Assembly (NCBI GenBank): GCA_000934665.2
Contig: KZ538184.1
Location: 1 to 64,000 of the forward strand
Source: Catajapyx aquilonaris
Taxonomy: Eukaryota
Length of the DNA: 64,000 nucleotides
Reading direction: 5' to 3'
Shown here one piece after another: positions 28,501 through 39,457 of this stretch. Each line of letters starts with the position of its first letter. The first letter of the stretch is position 1. Below the pieces are notes generated by a model. The model ran no database searches and was not told where the DNA came from. It saw only the letters and a list, made by a program, of their open reading frames with translations. The translations under genes and the position numbers were made by a program.

Positions 28501-31500
28501 AAATAATAGGAAGCTTCCTTAATACTCACACTATCGATATTAGCTCGATTAGTGGTTGAAGCTTCAATCGTAGCCGAAAATTGGATTGGTCTGGGTGTGG
28601 AAACGCCCAAAATTATTGGCCCGCATTGGCCTTGACACCGCCCATTTTTCAATCCCCCCCATGTTACAAACGGTCACACTGACACTACTTGAACTTCAAT
28701 TAATTTTTTACTAAAGATATTCAAAGATGGAGACGATTTTGCATTTGGTTTCAATGCAAAATCGTCTCTTATATTTTTGATAGATACATACCCGTATTGT
28801 CTAGGCCCTAGGGTACGTACATACCATCTGGTCTTCAGTGGTCAAGAGTGTGGGAGTAACCACGACGTGACCACTGAGGATAACGAACCCTGCGACCAAA
28901 GGAGAAAAAAAAGATTAAGTCATTTCCTATGGAGTGTCGACCATCAAAAGGACCAAACAGGTGTCGGGAATTTTCGCCCAATTAATGATGGTGAATTCTC
29001 ATAAAGTGCCATGACTTTGTGTTTTCTGCGCAAAGTTCGCTGAACTTATTATCCTAACATGCGAATGGCCTCCACAGGTTTTATCAATTCAACTGAATCA
29101 CCTTGAGCGAAGTACAGCGTGAAATTGGTTCGTCTTTAAAAAAAAAAGGCATTTTTTCTCATATTGGCGTTATCTCTTCAGCAATATAACAGTGCAAAAA
29201 ATATATATAAATGGCTGATGGCTCGGAATCTTTTGGCTATAGTTCTGAGAGCGTCCTAATTGGTCGGATGTTACAGTACGTGACGTGCCAGCACAATGGT
29301 TAGAGGGAAATGCTGTCGTGACAAATAACCAACGGTTAACTTCGTTCCCTACATTCAATGTTGCAGTTCCGGTCACGTGATAACGACGTCAGGTATCATT
29401 AAGGGTGTATGTTCTTTCCGGATCATCACTTCCTACCGATAAAAAATGAAGAAAATTTTGTTAAAAACTTGTATTTCGACCAAAAGAGAGGAATTCAGAG
29501 AGGTTTAAACACCATGTTTAAAATGTGACGTCACTGCCTTTTTTAAACGGCATGTTTAAGTAAGACAACCGGAGAAAACATTAGATTTTGGTCAGTTGTG
29601 TCAGAGCAAATTAGTGGGGGAGAACTTCCTGATCATATTAGACTAGTAGTGAGCCCGTTTCCAAAATTTGGCAACACTGCCCAGCTCACCCCTCATTTTG
29701 ACGTAGTACGAAATTCCACTACCAGGTGCCAGGCTGCTCTGTGGAGGAAAGTAGTACCACAGTACATGCACGTTGGTGATGAGTCGCTACGTGTAGGGAC
29801 AAAGTCACGCCTAGCCACTTTTATGTATGATTTGAATGACAGTCTACAAAATCGGACATTTTTCTTAAATGAAACTGTTACTTTGTACTAATAGGTTTAA
29901 ATTTGGGCGAAATTTTATCAGACCAAGTGTTACATAACCAACCCGTTATATGCACAGTCAGCGATAGCTGTGTATCTAATAAACTCATTTGCAAATAAAA
30001 AAAACTGGTTTCCTAGATTAAATTCGTGACTCATGACCTCGTCTAAATTGCCCTTCCTTGAACCTGCATGTATTACAATCCAAGCGCACACACAAAAAAA
30101 TAATAATGCAGATTTCCATAACGATGCAAATGACATCGGATGACCGAATCACAAGCGGGCCGGTATAATAAAAAGGCAGAAGTTGAAGCTGCCTTTTTGC
30201 CAGTCGGTTTAGCTTCACGTCTGACTATTGAGAGAGAGACCCGGATGCACGTGCTGTTTGCAACAAAAAATTTGCGGTCGTTGACATATCATATAAGGGG
30301 CCCTGAGAAGCACGAGGGCTCCACTTGCCTATTTCGACCGACAAAACCTACTGTTCCACTTGCGCATCCAATTTGGCAACGGTGCCACCGGTGTTGCGAA
30401 AATTTTTAAAAATGTTCCGAATATTGAAGGGTAGAATTTTTAGCGAATTTTATTCCATCATAAGATATGCTAAAGAAGTGCCCTGTAGCAGTTGAATTGC
30501 AAATTTTAGGATTGGGAAAATCCATTGCAAGAATTTGCATTAAACGTCTTGAATATAATTTTGTTGCTTACATTAACGTAATCTAACATTAGCATATGTG
30601 ATATTTTGAAAGCATATAAAAGTAGATTATATTGCTAAAAATTGTCCCATGAAATACAGTAAAGTACGGGCGGCAAAGGATGGTATAATACAGCAATATT
30701 AAAATATCAACAATTGATATTTTTGTTATTTCGTTTTTACTTGTACAATTAATGTATTCATTCAGTGATAATAATTACTGTACATTTATTTTATAAATGA
30801 AATAATGAAAATCAACATATAGCAGCCAACACAAACAAACAAACAATCTTTGCCTTTAGTAATATTTAACAGAAATCAAAATCAAAATGACTTATGTGGA
30901 GTTGTATAATACAAGTACCATTTTAACGGATTTTTTCTACCCATTGCAAAAATATCACTAATTGACTGACATCTCAACTAAAATCACTATATTGAAATTG
31001 GCAATAAATATGTCGGTAGAGCAAACCAATGAATGTCAATTTGCGAACCCTTGCGTAAATAAACGGTTTTAGGAGCACGTATGAGACAGTCGCGTGTGCC
31101 TTATCAGCAACTCAGCAAGTGCTGAAAATATGCGAATACTAGTTTGGCACGTGAAATAAAACCCACGTGTGCGAATTTGTGAAGAAGTGAGTGGGCGGGG
31201 TGCATTGACAAACACGACCAACGATTGCACGAGGACACTTTCTCCGAAGTGGTTTTATAGATCACATCAGTGATAGCTACTGTTACGACAGATCTAGTTG
31301 TGCAAAAAGAGACAGTCAGTCAAGAAGAAGATTACTTACAGTAGTTAAGACTTAGGTTTTAGCACAGAACATTACCAATGAATATATTAATAAATATGTT
31401 CTTCGCAACATACCGCGTGTTGATCATTTGACTGCTGATAAAATATGATCATATTAGAATCAACCATGTTTTTATTAAAATCATGCGAAACATATTGCTT

Positions 31501-34500
31501 GACATGTTCATTCATGATGTATAAGTTTTTGCAAATATGATTATATTTCCCTATGCAAAAATTTTTGACTTCAGGCTTCAAATCCACAAGGGTGAACTCA
31601 CAAATATTTTTGTAGGGAGCTGTAATATTATTTGCGAAAACTTATACATCAGAATGAACGCGTTCAGGAAAATGTTTCGTACTATTTTAATCAAAACGTG
31701 ATATGATCAGTACGTTAGATATGACTTTACATTAGTTATTGGCGCCAATTGATGATTTTTAGTCGATGCACTTATCTCCCCTTAATCGTCCGAATCAGCT
31801 TTAATCATAAAATGTAACCGATTGATAAATCTGGTGAGCAACATAAATGATGAAGCAGATGACACAATTTCACATGCCTTATCGTCCAAATGCTCCAAAA
31901 ATTGGTGCTCATTTCCACTCCATATGTTGACATCACTTTTTCGATTGTTGTGTACCGTTCGGGGGTTCAAAGTTCGAAGCCAGCGTTTGCAACTCTGACT
32001 CTTTTTTTTATCACGTAATCAGACACCTACTCGCGCACACACGCACTCGCAGTCTTCATCGTGCAACCGAACACTTTTGATGCACATTTGACAAGCCAGG
32101 TGTTAAGTAGCAGTCACTGACGGATTTACTGATTACACGTACCCGGAATAATGCCAGGTAATGGATAAGCGCACCCGTTTTGTAGTCATGACAATTATCA
32201 AGCGCGCACATAACGAGGAAAATGCTATTTTTAATGTTAACAATATTGTTTACTTTCAGGCGAGGTGGTGTCCGAATCCATCATCGACAACAAGGAGAAG
32301 ACCAAGTCGTACTGGGAGACAATGATGATGGCAGCGGCTGCCGAGGTACAACACAGACAGCTGCAGTTTCCACCTGAATACATGGCAGAGACAAAGTCGC
32401 CGCCTCCACCAGAGGAATTTCAAGTGGGTAGTTGAGAAGAATAACAAGTTGAATCTGATTACAGACAGAGCAATACCGATAACAACCAGCAGTGTTAGAC
32501 TTGCTTGAAATTAATTCAAAAGCTATCGAAGAGCTATCGAACATCAAAATCGTTTCTGAAGCCTACATGTTACACGTCTCGAGCGCGTCTAACCTAGCCT
32601 AACCTTAGCGTGCAATCTCTCAAAGAAGAGCTGCAAAATAAAATATTCACTATTTACAAGCTAATACTTTTTATAATAACCAAAGCTGTCAAAAGGAACT
32701 TATGATAACTATATGAAATGTAGGGGCGAAAAATGACCAATTCAATAGGATCAACATGTGTATATATTATATAAATTTATTATCGCTTCTCTCGTGATTA
32801 CTTAGCCTGCAACTTCCGCCTGCATTTCTCTATCATGTCTGCTATAGGAATGTCCTTTAGACAACAATATTTTTTTCCTCATATTTATTTGGGTTTATCA
32901 CTGGTATATGCGACAATCACTCATACATACGTCACCCTGATCAGAGTTGCACACTTTCAAGGATTTTTTAATACTTATGTTTATATGTATATAAGGACGA
33001 TACAATTAACCCCACGTTATCTCCTCACCGTCAACGAGTTGAAGTGTATACCGGACCTTTACACCCAGGCTTTTGTTTTAATCTGCAGGACAAAGATACC
33101 CACGATCCTCTGATAAGAGAAGAGCCCCCCACAGGCGACCTTCTCGACCTGTCCGAAGTGCCAGTCTCCAGTAGTGCTCCGACGGTAGTGGACACCGTCA
33201 GCAAGAAGCAGGTCTCGTCAGTGGTAATACCATCCAACATAATCGAGCAGGAGATCCGGGAACAGAAGCTGAGAGAAGCATCTCTGAGAGAAGAAGGTCT
33301 GTTGAAGAAGTTCCAGGAAGGACAGCAGATGCAACCGAAGGAAGAGACGGAGGAAGTGGTCGCAGACAGTTACCACACTGTCGTGGCTGACGATGGCGAA
33401 GAGATTATATACGACACTGTGGCTCCTGTGAATCACCATCACCATCACCACCATCACAATCAGGCGCCGAACGCGACCGAGACAAAGATAGCGATGGAGA
33501 TACGTGAGCTGAAGGAGAGAGAAGAGGAGCTCAGGCAACTCAGGCACAGGTTCAGCTCCAAAGATCAGGGTTTGGACGATGCCAACATGTACTCCAGCAT
33601 CACAACAACTGACGAAAGTGCTTTTTCGGAGTACGGAAGCGAAAAGGAGCTCATGTGCAGCAGTGACGACAGCAACAGGTGAGCATTCGTATATGATTTT
33701 CCTGGCGGGAAAGAATCCGTCCAAAAAAGTAAGGTACGGTTGCACCACCGCCAGGAAAAAAAAAAATCGCCTGGAAAATAATCAGAAAATTGTGTGACGA
33801 CAGAAAGTCAAGTGAATATTGGATTTTTCAGAATTAAATAAAGCTATTTAAAAAAACTAAAGTAGGCCTACTATTGCACCACCCCAATGAAAAATATTTC
33901 GGCTGGAAAAGAACCAGAAAACTTGTCTGGTTGTAACAAACTCAGATAAAGAAAAAAAAATCTATGATTATGTTCTTATGAATATCCTGCTATATAGAAG
34001 ACGTTTCAAATAAATTAATGGACGATTGTTGGCCATGTAAATTTTTGATTTGATTGAGGAAGGTCACTTGAAGGTAGCGGATGTGACATGAATCACTTGA
34101 GTCATGGAGAATCACGTTTTGCATATTTATTTTCGGCGAGAAACTGACAGGCGCTGAGTCATTGGTTCGAGGGCGTTAATTCGTCACACTCGTTACAGAA
34201 ATTCACGCAGTATGCTAATAATAATTGCATTACACATTGATGAATATTTTTGCCATCTTGACGCTTATCACTGTTTGACGTCGATAGCCCTAATTTTGCA
34301 TAAAAAATTGCACAATTTTGCGCAATTTTAACGAAAAAGCAGACGTTGCCTTGAAATTAACACTCAGCTTGGCAGAATTTACATTTTGGTGAAATTTTGA
34401 CATCCTATGACTACATCATTAACATGATTTTTATTAATTAAAAAAAGCATAGTGTAAATTAGTGCTCCGTTTGGATTTAATCCTGGAACGAAGTGCGTGA

Positions 34501-37500
34501 CTTCCGTGGCAACCGTGAATATTACAGGTTGTACCCATGTCAGAGCAAGACTCTGTAAAAATAATTCTGCATGTAAGTAGCATACAACGTGATTTATTTT
34601 ATTATTATAATTATTATTATGCGCGAATATTCATGACTCACTTTTTTACCACATTTTTGGGTCACGAACCAAACAAGTCACTCCCCAGAATAATATGTCA
34701 TCCAGATCAGATAGTCACACGAACTTGCATTTAACAAATTGATGCATCAAAAAGAGTTGATTTTGATCATTCCCCCCTCTTCCTGCAGCCGGATAATGAG
34801 TCCAGAGGTTCCACTGGGAGCTGGCAACGGAACCCTGTCTCTGGATTCACTCAGTTCAGGTCACAGCTCGGGGTCAGGTTCTGCGGGGTCACACGAGGCC
34901 AGCAGCAAACGCAAGACTGTTAAACCACTGGAGGAACCAGAAGAAGCCTCGCCTTCCTACACCCGGTGAGTAATTACTATCTGTCACTTGTAATTGGAGA
35001 AAAAAAAACCTGTTCTACAGGGTGGTAGGAATGTCTGCAAAGTTCTAGTGCAGCATATGACACTTCCATCGTCTCAACCATTGCCTGCTATACTTATTGT
35101 CTGAAAGATTGATTATGATTATTAATTTGAGTCAATAGGACCAGTTGTATCAACATAAATTTAAGTCATTACACATAATCATACATGTTTTTTCATCTTA
35201 TTTGTGTTAATGCAACTGCTGTCCTTTTTATTAGTTCTAGAACGCTGTCAGTATTATTAATGAACACCCTGTATAGTCCAAGAAGATCAGATAGTAACTT
35301 TGGCTATTATTCTCTTTTGAGTTTATGCACCGTGCAGCATTGTGCAAATGCTGTTGTTACTGTAATATGGTCTATGAACACACTTTCTGCTCGTGCAATC
35401 TTATCTGCTTCAGATCAAACCCCCCTCTGCTGCTGATAGGGAGTGTCACTCTTGACCTTTTTTTTTCTTTTCTTCTTCCATGCAATGAAATTGTAACCCT
35501 GGCGGTTTGTTATAAAGCAGAGTAATGAAACCTGCAACACCCAACAGGTTGGCAGAAACTCCGATCGAAAGAGAGATCCGGATCGCAGGAGAACGTGAAG
35601 AGGAACTGAGGAGGGACAAAGGACTTCCAGCTCCAGACAGCAAGACAAACTCCAAATCAGGTGTAAGTGCTGCTTCAACATTTTAAAACCAAAATTATAA
35701 TTAAATAGAAATTAAATAGAAAGCCACTCGCTCCGATCGTTTTATCTAGACCTGCGGCTTTCGATGGCCATCGGACTAATTAGTACATATTTTTTGGATT
35801 CAGAATGTGTGACACATCATTTACAAACACCATGTGCACTCAACCAGTATGTACAATAGGCTTATGAATAATATGTCTGGCTCATGGCTACGTTTTTTTC
35901 CTTATTGTTTTGGCCCGAATTATTTTATACCCCTCTATTGTTACTCACAGCTGGTAACAGCTGATTGCACCACGGCCAAATTGATTTAATTAGAGCACTT
36001 TGCTCTATCTGCAGGATGTGTGATAAAGTGTGTGCCTGTGATTTTATGTTTCAAAAATAATGTTTCTGCAGACGAAGCAACCTCAGATCAGAAACACCCT
36101 GGCTGGACCGGACTACAGGGATGTCCAACATCGACTCGCAACATCTCGAATCCAACAAGAGATCGAGGAAACAACACAGAGGGAAAGGGAGCTTCGTAAA
36201 GAAGGAACAATCCAGACAATTTCAGAAGACACTGTCGATGCCAAAGTAAGTCTGATTGTCTCAATTATTATTATTATTAGAATGTACATTCTGTCATTAA
36301 TTTAATTTCGTCAGGTCACCCGATTCACCGACCTAGCCAAGGAATCGTCGGGTGAGAAACTCGTGTTCAAACGATGGGCATCGTCGCCGTCGCAGACGTC
36401 GACACCTACAAGCGAGAGCCCCGAAATATCACGCTCTGGCACCCCTACAAACAGACCGATGCAACAAACGAAGCCATCAGAGCCGGTTGCTCGTCCCAGC
36501 AACCTTCCTCTGACCAGAAGCACATCAACTTCTTCAGCTCCTGTAGCCAATGGTAAACTCCGGTTCATCAGTCCAGGAACAGCTCAGAATAAGGGACTGA
36601 TGCAGAAGTTCATCGCTTCTCGAGGGAAGATGGGTGCCATGTCGTCCTTCAGCAGCATCCAGCCCAAGAACAATCTTCCTTCGCCTGTGGCAACAAAGGT
36701 GGTGTCACTACCTCCAGCAGTGCGAACAGTCACTAACGGAGTCACGCCAGTCGAAAATGGCGAAAAGGTGAACTTGACCTGTAGTACCAATGCAAACCAG
36801 TCCGTTCAACGAAAGAACGATCTGACGTCACACCAGCTGTTGTTTTTTGAGCATGCGCAGTAGTATGCTTGTAGAGCGATTCTGGGACATTATTGGAGAG
36901 AAGAGACCAGGAGGCGGGGATAAATGTGACGTCAGCTCGTTCTTTCGTTTAACGGACTTGTAGAAGGCGCATCATTTCCCCGGACAAACATAGTCACATA
37001 CCTGAGCCAATTTATTAGCTGTTAATGTGCCTGTTGAATGACTTAGTTGCAAACAGACGTGAATTATTCTCACATTCTCACTTCATTATGCAACGACCTT
37101 GCAGACTGCAGCACCTCGTCCTCGGCCAGTCGTGAGAAGGCCGTTTGCAACAGCTGAGGAAAAAATTCAGGAGGAGCTTGAAGAAATGAGGAAGCGAGAG
37201 CAGGAGCTTAGGTAAAAACCTGCGATTTTTTTTAAATGTTAAAAATTTATTGATATTTGTTTCACTGTCACTCGCTGCTGACTAGCTATCAGTACAAGTT
37301 GGTCCTCATTTTTGAAGGTGAAAAAAAATGCAAGGATGTGGAAATTGTCATATTTTTTCCCCTCCTATTATGTAGGATGCAACGGGCGAAGATGTTCGCC
37401 AAGTCTCAACCCAACCTCCTGGCACTGATCGACGGCGATGACGTCGACGGCGCAGGTCACGACGAGGAGGAAACGACAGGTCTTCGAAGCGCCCTTTCCA

Positions 37501-37733
37501 ATCCTAACCTCTTGGAGGATGAAACCGCACCATCTCCAACACCCTCAGATGGAGACAGTCAGGTAGAAAAATTTTCAAAGAGTATAATAGTAATTATTAT
37601 AGTGCTAAAGTTGTTGCCATGAAAATTATTAAATTATTATTATTTTTCTTCGCAGCCAAAAAATATTCGACGCCGAAGTGCTATGATAGCCCAGTGGGAG
37701 ACTATGATACAACAAAACAGGATTGAAAATTAA
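10445..37733 (+). CDS. Multi-exon gene for a ~1167-aa MISP/AKAP2(PALM2-AKAP2)-like scaffold with an AKAP2_C-like C-terminus
   Basis: Phase-consistent GT-AG exons: 10445-10546, 14801-16157, 32260-32423, 33089-33678, 34789-34965, 35548-35662, 36072-36245, 36315-36767, 37105-37211, 37376-37562, 37656-37733 (3504 nt, divisible by 3). ETPIEREIRIAGEREEELRRDKG resembles the MISP ETPIEREIRLAQERE motif. The terminal RRRSAMIAQWE resembles the AKAP2/MISP C-terminal basic-SA-x-A-x-WE motif. Confidence 0.7.
14801..16157 (+). CDS. Large exon of the MISP/AKAP2-like gene (pY motifs, DLGL repeats, acidic coiled coil)
   Basis: Polypyrimidine tract plus cacag| acceptor, 452 open codons, G|gtaaga donor (phase 1). 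Confidence 0.9.
18983..19342. mobile_element. Cluster of short Helitron/Helentron(HINE)-like elements with subterminal inverted repeats
   Basis: ATAAAAGGCAAA ... TTTGCCTTTTAT subterminal IRs, (TTTG)n tracts, CTAG at 19114. Related fragments occur at about 17425 and 30830. Confidence 0.55.
19370..19432. repeat. Short tandem repeat (~23-bp unit)
   Basis: acaaattatggaatataaaaatc repeated 2-3 times. Confidence 0.75.
21005..21430. mobile_element. Dispersed repeat/MITE family A, copy 1 (interrupted)
   Basis: Shares ggttggaattatcaat, tgcacttatttccaacgctac and gtgcgcactcggttg with 49020-49285 and 61445-61625. Confidence 0.65.
23986..24043. other. Assembly gap (58 N) flanked by poly-C
   Basis: Run of N. 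Confidence 1.
24920..27244 (+). pseudogene. Decayed ankyrin-repeat/SOCS-box-like gene nested in an intron
   Basis: Ankyrin-like fragments NAVKPCMEAPLLLFVEKGRREIIRA, AGHVEHTFKEVGSD and HSLDVVRVFVCYTAGCDP. A SOCS-box-like SLNLQYICQMAQYHTSPDNIVKQVGNPGLAKVCQRY lies at the end. Many stops and frameshifts; 5' boundary uncertain. Confidence 0.4.
27876..27984 (+). CDS. Candidate alternative first coding exon of the MISP/AKAP2-like gene
   Basis: ATG...MDCVKPR with a perfect GAG|GTAAGT donor in phase 1, matching the phase-1 acceptor at 32260. Confidence 0.5.
32260..32423 (+). CDS. Internal exon of the MISP/AKAP2-like gene (EVVSESIIDNKEKTKSYWETMMM...)
   Basis: tttcag| acceptor in phase 1, caa|gtgggt donor in phase 0. 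It bridges the flanking exons in frame. Confidence 0.8.
33089..33678 (+). CDS. Internal exon of the MISP/AKAP2-like gene (two EIRE..RE..LR repeats, poly-His)
   Basis: ctgcag| acceptor, ag|gtgagc donor, 196 open codons. Confidence 0.9.
34789..37733 (+). CDS. Seven 3' exons of the MISP/AKAP2-like gene
   Basis: Exons 34789-34965, 35548-35662, 36072-36245, 36315-36767, 37105-37211, 37376-37562, 37656-37733. All GT-AG and phase-matched, ending ...QWETMIQQNRIEN* (TAA 37731-37733). Confidence 0.85.
35018..35271. mobile_element. Mariner-like MITE (TA-CAGGGTG...CACCCTG-TA), intronic
   Basis: TA duplication with CAGGGTG termini and degenerate internal IRs. Similar ends recur at about 13508, 22211, 44620, 57944 and 63627. 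Confidence 0.5.
36799..36958. mobile_element. MITE with ~34-bp TIRs, intronic
   Basis: agtccgttcaacgaaagaacgatctgacgtcaca pairs with tgtgacgtcagctcgttctttcgtttaacggact. A partial copy lies at about 61321-61410. Confidence 0.75.
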
Positions 37734-39336
37734 ACCCTTTGTTTGGTACATGGGTTTTAAAACAGACTGAAACTACAGACTGTTCGTATGAAGAATTGTC
37801 ATATTTGAGAGTAGTGTGAATGCATCCCACTAAAGTTTGTGTAGTTGATTACCAGCTTTTTTTTTGTTTGTTTAATTGATTGGGGGAGGCAGTTGATGTC
37901 TTATTCTCTTACATTTCATGAGATGTTTTGCTGTTTTTTTTGTTATTTTTCAAGGCTAATGTATGTACAGGCTAGTTTGTAAAGTTGAAGCGATAGCTAC
38001 AGGATATATTTAATATTAATCCAGAAAAAAAAGCCTTTCAAAGCAGCTGTGGAACATGGGAAAAAGTGCAGGAGATATATCTGTTAGTGTTCTCTCTAGA
38101 TTGAAAGCACTTGATATATTCCATGTATTGTACAGTAGCCTATAATTCAGATATTTTTTTGCAAAATTGGTTGTATCTGCTACTGAAGTGGTTCTGGGTA
38201 TTTTTGTTAGCAAAATGACTTGCATCAAAGTCAATTTCAGAAATGAATATACTACTTAAAAGTGAGCTTCCTTATGGTCTTCAGCATATCTCAAAAATTA
38301 CATAGTACATATGATTCTATACACTCAAAAGCAATTATAGTGTGCTACACTTTGCGTAATAAGAGTAATGCAACGTTTAAAGTCATGCCTTATAAGCTAC
38401 AAGGTGCAATTATTTTTTGTAAAGAGAACCAATGCCTTAACAGCATCTAAAAACTTAAGACTTCACACGTGCCCTTCAGTAGTGAAATGTAATTCAAATA
38501 AGAAACTTTCAACTCATCAGCAGCTATCCATAAAGTGCATTTCATTCCTTCTGCGAGAGTTAATATATTCTCGTATTAGTTATAACAAGTTTAATAAAAA
38601 CTGCCTGTATTTGCACAAAAATTGTTAATAAATGCAAGACCTCCACATCTTAAATATTTTCAATAAATGAATCTGCCCACTACAGATCCCTAAGTTCCCA
38701 TTCCTTTTTTAACCAAATGTGTCACAATTATTGAACAGGGTGTGCTTGTGCCCTGTACAATGAGATGTTTGCACAATGAAACTGCACGTGCATCACATTA
38801 CACATGCAAGCATGAGGAGCACTGTACACAAATAAAAATGAAAATAATAAATTATCATCCTCACAAAGACTCAAAACCATAAATACATTCAATTATTTTG
38901 TTGTTTACATTCCAAGAACAATTGGTTTCCATGTAAACATATATCACTAAGAACACCAAGGTTTCTCAAGTAAGAAAGGCAGGTTGAGAAGTGCTGGACG
39001 TCTGCAATCCAGAGTTTGTGAGTATTAGTCCAATTTATCTTTTAAATTGATCACACACAGTTCCAGTAAGTCTGTAGTGGCCACTTGCCACTGGCCAGAG
39101 CAAGAAAAAAAATATGACAATAATATTCCTTATGCTTGCTTCACTCCACTTTGTTTTGACTCTCCATCAAGAATACGACAAATAAATTGGATTTTGTGTC
39201 ACTGTTAAGTAGTGATGGTTCAATTCCGAATATTATCTGAACTAGTGATAATAATATGCTGAAATCCCATGTATACGGTATGTTCTTATTTTGGATACAT
39301 TTTGTTGTATACTTTCAAAGCAAATTCACAGCTATT

Positions 39337-39380
39337 GTTGCACATGCAACTTGTTTCTTAGCAACGCCACTGTTTGTTTA
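39337..39380 (+). promoter_or_regulatory. RFX X-box pair plus Forkhead-like site upstream of the tektin gene
   Basis: GTTGCACATGCAAC (39337-39350), GTTTCTTAGCAAC (39353-39365) and TGTTTGTTTA (39371-39380), about 80-120 bp before the tektin ATG. Typical of motile-cilia gene promoters. Confidence 0.6.
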
Positions 39381-39457
39381 GAGTCACATAACACTGCGAA
39401 AAGAACAACATTGTTGTTCCAGGGGGTTTTCGTGGACAGTTGCGGTCCGATCCAACG

